Part shown: positions 19,636 to 33,273 of the stretch, one piece after another
Numbering within the stretch: the first letter of the stretch is position 1
Layout of the letters: each line of letters opens with the position of its first letter
Program-made: the position numbers and the translations under genes
NCBI GenBank assembly: GCA_965237415.1
Contig: CBDEFM010000002.1
Location: 1,792,001 to 1,856,000, forward strand
Direction of reading: 5' to 3'
Source of the DNA: Alphaproteobacteria bacterium
GTDB taxonomy: Bacteria > Pseudomonadota > Alphaproteobacteria > UBA828
Length of the DNA: 64,000 nucleotides
Notes under the pieces: generated by a model
Seen by the model: only the letters and a program-made list of their open reading frames with translations
Database searches by the model: none
Told to the model about the DNA's origin: nothing

Positions 19636-19718
19636 CATCTGTGGTCCGCCGTTCCGGCCGGACCGGTTCCAAACCCTGCCGGGGGCCCATCCTGCGGCAC
19701 CCCCCTCGGGCATCCGTG

Positions 19719-19747
19719 ACGTGGCGATGCCGGAACCTGATTTCAAG
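19719..19747 (-). promoter_or_regulatory. Putative RpoH (sigma32) promoter of ibpA
   Basis: CTTGAA-N17-CCACGT on the minus strand. Confidence 0.5.
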
Positions 19748-19806
19748 GGCCGGCGGATGAGGGCGGCGCTGGACCTGCGGGCGGTGCTGCGCCACCGTGG
19801 CGCGCC

Positions 19807-20760
19807 ATGACGCAACCCACGGCCCCGCGCGGCGTCTCCACGCCCGGCATCTCGACGCCCGGCGTCCACGCCGCGGTGTTCGTCGCCATGTTCCTCATCT
19901 CGTTCAGCTATCCGGTGGGCGAGGCCATCGCCAACGAGCTGGACACCGGCGTGCTGCTGTTCCTGCGCTTCGTGCTGGCCATGGCGATCTTCGGGCCGCT
20001 GGTCGCCTGGCGCCACGGCCTCTCCTGGCCGGGCTGGCGGGCGCTCGCCGGCTATGCGGCGATCAGCGCGTCGCTGGTCGCGTTCTTCTGGTGCATGTTC
20101 TACGGCCTGCGCACCACCAGCGCGCTCAACACCGGCGCCATCTCGACCCTGATACCCGGACTCACGGCCATCGGCGGCGCAATCCTCGTCGGCGAGCGAC
20201 TGGGCTGGCACCGCCTCGCGGCCCTCGGCATCGGCCTGGTCGGTGCGCTCTGGGTGGTGTTTCGCGGCGATTGGGACCGCTTCACAGCCCTCGATCTCAA
20301 CGAGGGCGACCTGATCGTCTTCGCGGGCTGCATCGCGATGGGCTTTTACAGCCCGCTCGTCAAGCGCTTCCACAGAGGCGAGCCGGTGATGGTCATGACC
20401 TTCTGGGTGGTGGCCATCAACGCGGTGTGGTTCCTCGTGCTCGCCAACAGCGCGCTATGGACCATGGAATGGGGCGATGTCCCGCCCTTCGCCTATGGCG
20501 GAATTGCCAGTATCGCGGTCCTCTCGACCGTCATTTCCTTCTTCCTGATACAATGGACCACCATCAGGCTCGGCCCGACCCGCGTCCAGTCCTACAGCTA
20601 CCTTCTGCCGGCCTTCGTGCTCGCGATCGACTGGGCCTTCGGAAAAGGCCTGCCGTCCGCGCTCACAATCCCCGGCATCCTGATCGTGCTGGCCGCGAGT
20701 CTGGTGATTCAGCGCGGCGAGGTCTTCGCGGGCCGCTCAGCGGACGGCGCGCGCTCCTGA
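19807..20760 (+). CDS. DMT/EamA family transporter
   Basis: About 10 hydrophobic helices, two EamA-like repeats, LVGERL, LGPTR. Confidence 0.85.
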   Translation: MTQPTAPRGVSTPGISTPGVHAAVFVAMFLISFSYPVGEAIANELDTGVLLFLRFVLAMAIFGPLVAWRHGLSWPGWRALAGYAAISASLVAFFWCMFYGLRTTSALNTGAISTLIPGLTAIGGAILVGERLGWHRLAALGIGLVGALWVVFRGDWDRFTALDLNEGDLIVFAGCIAMGFYSPLVKRFHRGEPVMVMTFWVVAINAVWFLVLANSALWTMEWGDVPPFAYGGIASIAVLSTVISFFLIQWTTIRLGPTRVQSYSYLLPAFVLAIDWAFGKGLPSALTIPGILIVLAASLVIQRGEVFAGRSADGARS

Positions 20761-20769
20761 CTCCGCCGA

Positions 20770-21987
20770 TCAGCCGCGCTCGATGCTGAAGAGGCCGGCC
20801 GTTACGGCGAGGCCGATCGCTGGGCAAATCAGCATGCACCACCACGCGGCCTCCCAGCCGCCGAAGCCGCCGACCACCACTGCCATGAGCGGCGGCCCCA
20901 CCAGCATGCCGATGGCAGCCCCCTGGGCCATGAAGCCGTTGGCCATGGCCACGAGGTCGGGCTTGGGCGCATGCACCGCCGCGCCGGCGTACGCCGCCGC
21001 AGGCAGGATGCCGCTGCCGGTGCTGAAAATGATCGCGAGTGGGATCTTGGCACCGTCCGGCACAAAGCCCGCGAGGATCAACATGCCCGTCACGGCCATG
21101 ATGACGTTCGCCGCCCCCACCAGGGCGTAGCGCGGCACACCCTTTTGCATCAGCCAGCCGCCGATCAGGTTGCCGGTGGCGTTCATGCCCACCACGAGCG
21201 CCGAGAAGAGCGCGGCCCCGATGGGCCCGCGGCCCTGCGTTTCGATCAGGAAGGTCGGCAGCCACGCGGCGACCGCGAACCACTGGATGGTGAACAGTAG
21301 GAACGCCCCGCCATAGAGCCACAGCGCGCCAACCGGCAGCGTCGCCCGCGCGCCGGCCCAATCGAACCCCGCGTGCGCGTCGCGGCTTGGTTGCTCGGGC
21401 CAGCGCCGTCGCGTCGTGCCGACCGCCGCAAACACCGCCGCAATCAGCGCTGCCCCGGCGCAGAGCCACCAGAGGCTGCGCCAGCCCAAAGGCTCGGCGA
21501 GGAAGGGCGCCACCACCATGGCGAGCGCCATCCCCGCCGGCATGTAGGCGCTCCAGATTCCCAGTGCGAGGTTCCGGTCCTCGGGTCGCGTGGCATCGAG
21601 GGTGATCTTCGGCGCCGAGGCCGTGATGGCGGCGAAGCTGATACCTTCGAAGACGCGCACCGCGAGCAGCATGCCGGCGCCGGTCGCGAACGCGCCGGCG
21701 ATACCGCTCAGGACGAGAACGAGAGCGCCGGTGAGCAGGAGCGCGCGGGCGCCGACGCGCCCCCCGGCCAACCCAGTCAAAACACCGAAGGCTGCCCCGT
21801 AAGCGAAGAAGATGGAGGCGAGCCAGCCGGCGGTCACCTTGTCGAGCCCGAACTCGTCGGAGACAAGCCCGATGGTCGGCGGCACCTTGCCGACGGCGTA
21901 GCCGACGACGACGCCCGCCATGATGGCAACCGCGACGACGCTCCACCGGGTCCGCGTCACGTGGGCGCCTGCCTCGATTTCGTCCAC
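20770..21987 (-). CDS. MFS transporter (CynX/NimT-like); start uncertain
   Basis: 12 TM pattern, GKVPPTI, RVFEGISF, ALGIWSAYMPAG. Confidence 0.8.
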   Translation of the reverse strand: MDEIEAGAHVTRTRWSVVAVAIMAGVVVGYAVGKVPPTIGLVSDEFGLDKVTAGWLASIFFAYGAAFGVLTGLAGGRVGARALLLTGALVLVLSGIAGAFATGAGMLLAVRVFEGISFAAITASAPKITLDATRPEDRNLALGIWSAYMPAGMALAMVVAPFLAEPLGWRSLWWLCAGAALIAAVFAAVGTTRRRWPEQPSRDAHAGFDWAGARATLPVGALWLYGGAFLLFTIQWFAVAAWLPTFLIETQGRGPIGAALFSALVVGMNATGNLIGGWLMQKGVPRYALVGAANVIMAVTGMLILAGFVPDGAKIPLAIIFSTGSGILPAAAYAGAAVHAPKPDLVAMANGFMAQGAAIGMLVGPPLMAVVVGGFGGWEAAWWCMLICPAIGLAVTAGLFSIERG

Positions 21988-22006
21988 GCCTGCCAAGCGG
22001 TCTAGC

Positions 22007-22414
22007 CTAGCGCCAGGGGCCGCAGGCGGAGAGCGCCTGCGTGTCCTCGTAAGCGTCCCAGACGGCGATCTTGCCGCCCTGCACGGTGAAGACCCAGCAC
22101 CACTTCGCGCGGTAGTGCTTGCCGCTGATCTTGGAGGACCCCGCCTCTTCGCCGTTGACGGAGACGGTGTCGCCCTCTGCGACCCAGGTCTTGATGACAT
22201 GCTCGTGCATGGCGAGCGCCGCCGGCATGACCCGGAAGTAGTCCTCGATGGCGGCCTTGCCCTGCCACCGGCCCGCCCAGGGGAGATCGTCGCCGCCCGG
22301 CATGTCGATCGCCGCGTCGTCGGTGAACATGGCCACAATGGTGGCAGCGTCGCCGCCCGCGAGCTGGTCGAGGAACCCCTTGACGACGTCTCGTGCAGAC
22401 ATGGGCGTAGACAT
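22007..22414 (-). CDS. SnoaL-like/NTF2 family protein
   Basis: ARDVVKGF, PWAGRWQGKAAIEDYF, AEGDTV, FTVQGGKI, YEDT. Confidence 0.8.
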   Translation of the reverse strand: MSTPMSARDVVKGFLDQLAGGDAATIVAMFTDDAAIDMPGGDDLPWAGRWQGKAAIEDYFRVMPAALAMHEHVIKTWVAEGDTVSVNGEEAGSSKISGKHYRAKWCWVFTVQGGKIAVWDAYEDTQALSACGPWR

Positions 22415-22669
22415 GGGCGTTGCTCCATCGGCGCGGAAACGGAGGACCGCGCACGCGGACACCAATCGGTCTATCTCATAGCACCTTGGGGGGGTCGATG
22501 GCGATGCACCGTGCCCACCCCGTCGCGTCGAATGCACGGTCGCTCGACGCGGGCATGGCCTTGCCTCCGAACGGCGGCTGCGTGGAGGATGTCGGACGCG
22601 ACGATCATCTAAGGAGGCATAGCAATCGGCGTAGCGGCACCGCCATCGCCGCCGACGCTCGGCCCGACG

Positions 22670-23839
22670 ATGAAACCGCAACGTCCCCATCACCCGGCGG
22701 TTCTGGCCGTTGCGGGCCTGCTTTCGCTGGCGGTCGGCATCGGGATCGGACGCTTCGCCTATACGCCGATCCTGCCCTACATGATCGCCGGTCTCGAGCT
22801 CGACCGATCGCAAGCGGGCCTGATCGCGTCCGCCAACTACCTCGGTTACTTCGTGGGCGCCCTGGCCGCGGCCTGGCGGGCCGTGCCCGGCGACCCTCGC
22901 TTCTGGCTGCTGGGCGCGCTGGCGCTGAGCGGGCTCAGCACCGGCGCCATGGCGCTCACGACGAGCCTGGGTGCTTTCCTGCTCCTGCGCTTCGTCGGCG
23001 GCGCCGCCGGCGCGCTGGTGATGGTGCTCGCGTCTTCCCTGGTGATGGACCGGCTCGCCGCCGCCGGTCGAGATGGATGGGCGGCGGTGATGTATGCGGG
23101 GGTCGGGAGCGGCATCGCGATCTCGTCCCTGGCGGTCCCGGCGGCAGCATCCGGAGACAGCGACTGGCAAAGCCCGTGGTTCTTCTGCGGCGCACTCTGC
23201 CTTGCGCTTTCGATCCCGGTCGCGGTGCTGTTGCCGAGACCGCAAGGTCCGGCGACGGCGGCGGCGCGTACCGAGACCCACAAGAGGAGAGCCGGCCTGC
23301 TCCGCTTGATCCTCGCCTACGGGCTGGTTGGCTTCGGCTACGTCATCACCGCCACCTTCGTCGCCGACATGGTGCGCGCCGATCCCGTGCTGCAACCGGC
23401 GGAGCACCTGGTCTGGCTCTGCGTCGGCCTGACGGCGGCGCCCTCCGTGGCGCTCTGGGGCTGGGCCGGGCGGCGCTGGGGCAATGCGCGCGCCTTCGCG
23501 ATCGGCTGCCTGATCGAGGCGGCGGGCGTGGCGCTCAGCGTGCTGGGCGGCGGCATTTGGCCGATCATGCTTGCGGCCGGGCTGCTCGGCGGGACCTTCG
23601 TGGGGTTGACCGCGATCGGCCTCATCGAGATCCGCCACTTGTCGGCCGGCGACCCGCGCCGCAATCTGGCTCTGATGACCGCGGCCTGGGGGCTGGGCCA
23701 GATGGTGGGGCCGACGCTCGCCGGCGTGATCTTCGATTCGCTCGGCAGCTACCTGGTACCGTCGTTGCTGGCCGCAGCCGCGCTCGTTGTTGCCGCTGCG
23801 CTCGCCGCGAGCGTGACGGGGCGCAAAAGCGCCGCGTGA
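22670..23839 (+). CDS. YbfB/YjiJ-family MFS transporter
   Basis: GIGRFAYTPILP, ASANYLGY, GFGYVITATF, GQMVGP. Confidence 0.85.
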   Translation: MKPQRPHHPAVLAVAGLLSLAVGIGIGRFAYTPILPYMIAGLELDRSQAGLIASANYLGYFVGALAAAWRAVPGDPRFWLLGALALSGLSTGAMALTTSLGAFLLLRFVGGAAGALVMVLASSLVMDRLAAAGRDGWAAVMYAGVGSGIAISSLAVPAAASGDSDWQSPWFFCGALCLALSIPVAVLLPRPQGPATAAARTETHKRRAGLLRLILAYGLVGFGYVITATFVADMVRADPVLQPAEHLVWLCVGLTAAPSVALWGWAGRRWGNARAFAIGCLIEAAGVALSVLGGGIWPIMLAAGLLGGTFVGLTAIGLIEIRHLSAGDPRRNLALMTAAWGLGQMVGPTLAGVIFDSLGSYLVPSLLAAAALVVAAALAASVTGRKSAA

Positions 23840-23975
23840 CCGCTCTGCCGTCGGGCCAAAACGACTGGACGGATCGTCGAATTGCTGGCTTGCTTGACGC
23901 TGGTGCGCCCGACGCCCGGCAAGGAGCGAAGGGCGGCCTCGACGGCGTTCGATACCGACGAGAAGGACAAACCCC

Positions 23976-25304
23976 GTGGCCCTTAGCGACGCGCGTGGCG
24001 TGCCGACATCGGCAACCAATCCCAAGAGCCTGGAGATTCTGGAGACGGCGATACGCCAGTTCCAGAGTTATCGGGGCGACGCCGTCGAGACCATCGACCG
24101 GGCGCTGGCCGACGACCCGGACTTCGTCGCCGGCCACATTTTCCGGACCGAGCTGCACACCATGCTGTGGGAGAAGAGCGTGCTGCCCGAGGTCGAGGCA
24201 GGCCTCGGCCGCCTCAAGGCCCTCGCGGGCAAGGCCACGGAGCGCGAACGGGCCCACATTGCGGCAATCGCGGCCTGGGCCGCGGGCGACTGGGAAGGGA
24301 TGTCGGCACGGCTCGACCGGGTCGTCGCCGACGAGCCGCGCGATGTGGTGGCCCTCCAGGTCGGCCATCTCTCCGACTTCTTCCAGGGCGACCGGAACAA
24401 TCTGCGCGGCCGCGTCGCCCGCGCGCTCCCGGCCTACAGTCGGGAGGACCCGGGATACGGCTTCCTGCTCGGCATGGCCGCCTTCGGCCTGGAGGAATGC
24501 GGCGACTACGGCGCGGCGGAGGAAAGCGGCCGGCAGGCGCTCGCACTGGAGCCGGACGACTGCTGGGCGCAGCATGCGCTCTGCCACGTGATGGAGATGC
24601 AGGCACGGCAGGACGAAGGCATCGCCTTCATGGAAGGGCGTCAGGCTCACTGGGCGCAGGACGACAATACATTCGCCTTCCACAACTGGTGGCACGTCTC
24701 GCTCTTCAATCTCGACAACGACCGCTACGACCGGGTGCTCGAGATTTACGACACGGCGCTCCGGCCCGAGCCCTCGGAGGTCCAGCTCGAGATGCTCGAT
24801 GCCGCCGCGCTGCTCTGGCGCCTCCACCTGCGCGGGGTCGATACGGGCGACCGCTTCGCTAAGCTGGCCGCGACCTACGAGGCGATTGCGGAGCACGCCT
24901 TCTACGCCTTCAACGACATGCACGCGATGATGGCCTACGTCGCGGCCGGGCGCGACAACGCAGCGCAAGCATTGGAAGGCGCGGCGGTAGCGGAGGCGGA
25001 GGGCACGGGCACCAACGCCCGCATGACCCGCGACGTGGGCCTCCCAATCGTGCGCGCGATCCGCGCCTTCGGCGCCGGGCGCTATGGCGAGACGGTAGAC
25101 CTGCTGATGCCCGTGCGCTACCGCGCCCAAATCTTCGGCGGCAGCCACGCCCAGCGCGACATCGTCCACCGCACACTGATCGAGGCCGCGCTTCGCGATG
25201 GCCAGCACGGCCTCGCGCAGGCGCTCGCGAACGAGCGCATTGCATTGAAACCCGATTGCCCCTTCAGCCGTTCGCTCAGGGAGCGGGCCAAAACGATGCA
25301 GTAG
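23976..25304 (+). CDS. Tetratricopeptide repeat protein 38 (TTC38)-like protein
   Basis: GMAAFGLEE, WAQHALCHVMEM, HNWWH, DAAALLWRL, GGSHAQRD. Confidence 0.85.
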   Translation: MALSDARGVPTSATNPKSLEILETAIRQFQSYRGDAVETIDRALADDPDFVAGHIFRTELHTMLWEKSVLPEVEAGLGRLKALAGKATERERAHIAAIAAWAAGDWEGMSARLDRVVADEPRDVVALQVGHLSDFFQGDRNNLRGRVARALPAYSREDPGYGFLLGMAAFGLEECGDYGAAEESGRQALALEPDDCWAQHALCHVMEMQARQDEGIAFMEGRQAHWAQDDNTFAFHNWWHVSLFNLDNDRYDRVLEIYDTALRPEPSEVQLEMLDAAALLWRLHLRGVDTGDRFAKLAATYEAIAEHAFYAFNDMHAMMAYVAAGRDNAAQALEGAAVAEAEGTGTNARMTRDVGLPIVRAIRAFGAGRYGETVDLLMPVRYRAQIFGGSHAQRDIVHRTLIEAALRDGQHGLAQALANERIALKPDCPFSRSLRERAKTMQ

Positions 25305-25326
25305 GAGAACGCGGGCGGCGCGCCGG

Positions 25327-26052
25327 TCAATCCGGCCGGCCGCTCCGCCCGTGGGTGTAACGCCAGGCGTAGGCGCCGAGCGCCATGCCGATGAGCGGGC
25401 CGGCGACGTAGATCCAGTAGTGCGTGAAGTCGCCCATGGCGACATAAGGACCCAAGGCACGCGCGGGGTTCATCGCGGCGCCTGCGACCGGGCCCATCAG
25501 CATCACCTCGATGCCCACCACCGCACCCACCGCCACGCCCGCAAAGGGGCCGTGCGCGCGTTTGTCGAGGCCGACGCCGGCCACCACCCACATCAGCAGG
25601 AACGACACGAAGAGCTCGATCGGGAACGCCGTCAGCGGCGTGATGCCGACGGCCGCGTTGGGCAGATTGGCCCCCATCGCGCCGAAATCGCCGAGCGCCC
25701 AGTAGAGGCACATCCCCGCCAGCACGGAGCCTGCAAGCTGGGCCAGCGCGTAGCCGGGGACGAGGCGCCAGTCGAGATGGCCGATCAGCGCCGCCGCGAA
25801 GGAGAGCGCCGGATTGACGTGGGCGCCCGAGACGTGACCGAAGGCATAGATGACGACCGTGATGATCAGGCCCGAGATCAGGCCGGAGCCGATGGCGCCG
25901 AGGGTGCCGCCCATCTTGGCGTCGACCACCACGGCGCCGGCGGCGAAGAAGACGAGCGAAAAGGTGCCGATGAACTCGCAGCAGTAGCGGCGCAGATCAT
26001 CGGAGCCTGCGGCCGGCAGGAACCGCCGACTCGGCGAGGGCTGTTCCGTCAT
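25327..26052 (-). CDS. MIP/aquaporin family channel
   Basis: EFIGTF, SGAHVNPA, MNPARALGP. Confidence 0.9.
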   Translation of the reverse strand: MTEQPSPSRRFLPAAGSDDLRRYCCEFIGTFSLVFFAAGAVVVDAKMGGTLGAIGSGLISGLIITVVIYAFGHVSGAHVNPALSFAAALIGHLDWRLVPGYALAQLAGSVLAGMCLYWALGDFGAMGANLPNAAVGITPLTAFPIELFVSFLLMWVVAGVGLDKRAHGPFAGVAVGAVVGIEVMLMGPVAGAAMNPARALGPYVAMGDFTHYWIYVAGPLIGMALGAYAWRYTHGRSGRPD

Positions 26053-26130
26053 CCGACGGGAGAATAGCCGGTATTGCAGCCCCGCCAATCGACCGTGCCG
26101 GGGCTGCGACAGTAAACCGGCGCCTGACGC

Positions 26131-28785
<2,655 letters not shown>

Positions 28786-28913
28786 GGGGCGGCCCTGCAC
28801 GGTTACCCGGGCGGCGGTCGGCCCGGCGCTTGGATGCGTGCTACTTAGTGCGCCTCAGGCGGGCTGTCCAGATTGGTGCGCCTCCGCGCCCGCCTGCCCC
28901 GGCCTTGAGCGGC

Positions 28914-29996
<1,083 letters not shown>

Positions 29997-30054
29997 GTTC
30001 GCCTCCTTATTCCACACGGGCCGAACCGATGCAATGCGACCCGAGAAGGCACTT

Positions 30055-30069
30055 GTACCCTATTTGTTC
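30055..30069 (-). promoter_or_regulatory. Alphaproteobacterial LexA (SOS) box
   Basis: GAAC-N7-GTAC on the recA strand, about 60 bp upstream of recA. Confidence 0.8.
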
Positions 30070-30142
30070 TTACCCTGCAACCCCTCATTTCATCGCCGCC
30101 CGCGCGTGGCCGCGCTATGATGGGCACGGCTTCCCGCCGATC

Positions 30143-30219
30143 GGGCCCGTAGTTCAATTGGTTAGAACCCGCCGCTCATAACGGCGTTGTTGCAGGTTCG
30201 AGTCCTGCCGGGCCCACCA
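30143..30219 (+). tRNA. tRNA with CAT anticodon, most likely tRNA-Ile2 (lysidine)
   Basis: 77-nt cloverleaf; GGGCCCG acceptor stem, CGCCG-CTCATAA-CGGCG anticodon arm, GTTCGA T-loop, encoded CCA. Confidence 0.9.
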
Positions 30220-30404
30220 ACTCCCGACCGACGGTGCAAATCGCCGCAAAACCGTCTATGCACCACGGCTGACGAGAGCGGAGAGGAACCGGGCCGCAGG
30301 CCCGGACGGCGCGACCGCGCGTCGCACGGGTACGCGCGCGGGGGCACGCGATGCGAACGGAGTGAACGCCCGGCGACTGAGGGATTGGAATAAGAGGACT
30401 ATCG

Positions 30405-31778
30405 ATGGCTGATTTCGACCTCCTGGTGATCGGCGGCGGCTCGGGCGGCGTGGCCTGCGCCCGCCGGGCGGCAAGCTATGGCGCGCGCGCAGCGGTGATC
30501 GAGAACGACCGCCTCGGCGGCACCTGCGTGCATCGCGGCTGCATCCCCAAGAAGATGCTCGTCTACGCGTCGCACTTCAGCCACGACTTCGAGGACGCGG
30601 CGGGCTATGGCTGGATCGTCGGCGAGCGCTCCTTCGACTGGCCGGCGATGGTGCGGGCCAAAGTCGCCGAGCTCGACCGGCTGGAGGGCATCTACGAGCG
30701 ACTACTGCGCGACGCCGGGGCAACGCAAATCACCGGCACCGGGCGCCTGCTCGATGCCCATACCGTCGCCGTGGGCGACGAGAAGCACCGCGCCGAGACC
30801 ATCGTCATCGCCACCGGCGGCCGGCCGACGATGCCCGACATCCCCGGCATCGAACTCGCCGTGAGCTCGGACGAGATGTTCGACCTGCCGGCCTTCCCCG
30901 AGCGCCTGGTGATCGTGGGCGGCGGCTACATCGCCTGCGAGTTCGCCTGCATCATGCAGGGCCTCGGCGCGCAGGTGACCCAGCTCTACCGCCGCGACCT
31001 GCCGTTGCGCGGCTTCGACTACGATCTGCGCGCGGTGCTCTGCGAAGAGATGCGTAAGGGCGGTGTCGATCTCCGCCTCAACACCAACGCGACCTCGCTA
31101 GCGCGGGAGGGCGACGCCATCGCGGTCGCGACCACGACCGGCGAGACGATCGAGGCGGATCAGGTGCTGTTCGCCACCGGGCGCAAGCCCAATGTCGCCG
31201 GCCTCGGGCTCGAGAACGCGGGCATCGCGACCGCGGAGGGCGCCGCCGTCCCGGTCGATGCCGCGTCCCACACGGGCGTCGCCGGCATTTACGCCGTGGG
31301 CGATGTCACCGACCGCATCAACCTGACGCCGGTGGCGATCCACGAAGGCCGCTGCATCGCCGAAACCCTGTACAACGACAATCCGCAAACGCCCGACCAC
31401 CGCGATATCGCGACGGCGGTCTTCACCACGCCGGAGCTCGGCACGGTGGGGCTCAGCGAGGAGGAGGCGCGGCAGACCTTCCCCGCGGTGGACATCTACA
31501 AGACCCGTTTCCGCCCGCTCAAGCACACGCTGACCGCGCGGGAGGAGACCATCTTCATGAAGCTCGTCGCGGAGCGCGCGTCGGGCCGGGTGGTCGGCTG
31601 CCACATGGTGGGCGACGGCGCGGGCGAAGCCGTGCAGCTATTGGGTGTCGCCGTCAAGGCAGGCGCGACCAAGGCACAGTTCGACGCGACCATGGCGGTG
31701 CACCCGACCGCGGCGGAGGAGTTCGTCACCATGTACGAGCCGGTGCCGGAGACCGCCGCCCAAGCCGCCCAGGCGTGA
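30405..31778 (+). CDS. gor: Glutathione-disulfide reductase
   Basis: GGGSGG, GGTCVHRGCIPKK, GGGYIA, HPTAAEE. Confidence 0.93.
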   Translation: MADFDLLVIGGGSGGVACARRAASYGARAAVIENDRLGGTCVHRGCIPKKMLVYASHFSHDFEDAAGYGWIVGERSFDWPAMVRAKVAELDRLEGIYERLLRDAGATQITGTGRLLDAHTVAVGDEKHRAETIVIATGGRPTMPDIPGIELAVSSDEMFDLPAFPERLVIVGGGYIACEFACIMQGLGAQVTQLYRRDLPLRGFDYDLRAVLCEEMRKGGVDLRLNTNATSLAREGDAIAVATTTGETIEADQVLFATGRKPNVAGLGLENAGIATAEGAAVPVDAASHTGVAGIYAVGDVTDRINLTPVAIHEGRCIAETLYNDNPQTPDHRDIATAVFTTPELGTVGLSEEEARQTFPAVDIYKTRFRPLKHTLTAREETIFMKLVAERASGRVVGCHMVGDGAGEAVQLLGVAVKAGATKAQFDATMAVHPTAAEEFVTMYEPVPETAAQAAQA

Positions 31779-31872
31779 GACCGGCGTCGAACAACTCAGG
31801 AAAATGCTGGCACGGCGGGCGGTTCGGGCGTATAGCACGGCCACAACTACATAAATTCCGCGGGAGAACGAC

Positions 31873-33255
31873 ATGCCCGGCACGTGGAATCCCGGCCGTT
31901 GGCGTGGATTGCCGATCAAGCAGCAGCCGAACTGGCCCGACGCGGTCGCGCTCGCCTCGGCCGAGGAACGCCTCAAGACTTCGCCCCCGCTGGTCTTCGC
32001 CGGCGAGGCGCGCAGGTTGCGGGAGCGTCTGGCGCGGGTCTGCGAGGGCCGCGCCTTCCTGCTGCAGGGCGGCGACTGTGCGGAGAGCTTCGCGGAGTTC
32101 CATACCGACACCGTGCGGGACACTTTTCGCGTCCTCCTGCAGATGGCGGTGGTGCTGACCTACGGCGCCAAGCTGCCGGTCATCAAGGTCGGGCGCCTCG
32201 CGGGCCAGTTCGCCAAGCCCCGCTCGTCGGATACCGAGACCGTGGACGGCAAGACGCTCCCCGCCTACCGCGGCGACATGGTCAACGGCATGGCCTTCGA
32301 CGAGGAGGAGCGGACGCCCGAGCCTCAGCGTCTGCTCCGCGCCTACAGCCAGTCCGCGTCGACGCTCAACCTGCTGCGCGCGCTGGCCCAGGGCGGCTAT
32401 GCCGACCTCCACGCGGTTCACCGCTGGAACCTGGGCTTCGTCACCGAGAGCACCCAGGGCGCACGTTACGAAGCGCTGGCCAATCAGATCGGCGAGACGC
32501 TCGACTTCATGGCGGCCTGTGGGCTTACGGAGGAGACCTCGCCGCAGATCCGAGAGACCGAGTTCTACACCTCCCACGAAGCCCTGCTTCTGGAATACGA
32601 GCAGGCGCTGACCCGTGTCGATTCGACCACGGGCGGGTGTTACGACTGCAGCGCACACTTGCTCTGGATCGGCGACCGTACGCGCCAGGTGGATGGCGCG
32701 CATGTCGACTTCCTGAGCGGCGTCGGCAATCCTCTCGGACTCAAGGCGGGCCCGAGCTTGGAGCCGGACGACCTGCTCTCGCTTATCGACCGGCTCAACC
32801 CGCGCAACGAGCCCGGCAAGCTCACGGTGATCGCGCGCATGGGGCACGAGGCGGTCGAGACCAAGCTCCCGCCCCTCGTGCGGGCCGTTCAGCGCGAGGG
32901 GCGGCACGTGGTCTGGGCCTGCGATCCCATGCACGGCAACACGATCAAGTCGTCCAACGGCTACAAGACCCGCGTCTTCGACCAGGTCCTGGCGGAGGTG
33001 CGCGGCTTCTTCGCGGTGCACCGGGCCGAGGGCACGCACCCCGGCGGCGTCCATTTCGAGATGACCGGCCAGGACGTGACCGAATGCCTGGGCGGCGCGC
33101 AGGCGATTACCGAGGAGGACCTCTCCAACCGCTACCACACCCACTGCGACCCGAGGCTCAACGCCTCGCAAGCGCTGGAGCTCGCCTTCCTCATTGCCGA
33201 GCACCTGAGGGAGGAACGGGCGGCCACCGTGCAGCCGCAGGCGCTGCACGGTTAG
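31873..33255 (+). CDS. Class II 3-deoxy-7-phosphoheptulonate (DAHP) synthase
   Basis: [41 protein letters not shown]. Confidence 0.95.
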   Translation: MPGTWNPGRWRGLPIKQQPNWPDAVALASAEERLKTSPPLVFAGEARRLRERLARVCEGRAFLLQGGDCAESFAEFHTDTVRDTFRVLLQMAVVLTYGAKLPVIKVGRLAGQFAKPRSSDTETVDGKTLPAYRGDMVNGMAFDEEERTPEPQRLLRAYSQSASTLNLLRALAQGGYADLHAVHRWNLGFVTESTQGARYEALANQIGETLDFMAACGLTEETSPQIRETEFYTSHEALLLEYEQALTRVDSTTGGCYDCSAHLLWIGDRTRQVDGAHVDFLSGVGNPLGLKAGPSLEPDDLLSLIDRLNPRNEPGKLTVIARMGHEAVETKLPPLVRAVQREGRHVVWACDPMHGNTIKSSNGYKTRVFDQVLAEVRGFFAVHRAEGTHPGGVHFEMTGQDVTECLGGAQAITEEDLSNRYHTHCDPRLNASQALELAFLIAEHLREERAATVQPQALHG

Positions 33256-33273
33256 CCGCAGCGGGGGGTCGCG

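Noticed and set aside
30143-30400. tRNA as an island integration site, or as initiator tRNA-fMet
   Set aside because: No integrase or duplicated tRNA 3' end seen in the window; paired G1-C72 and no GGG/CCC anticodon stem exclude fMet
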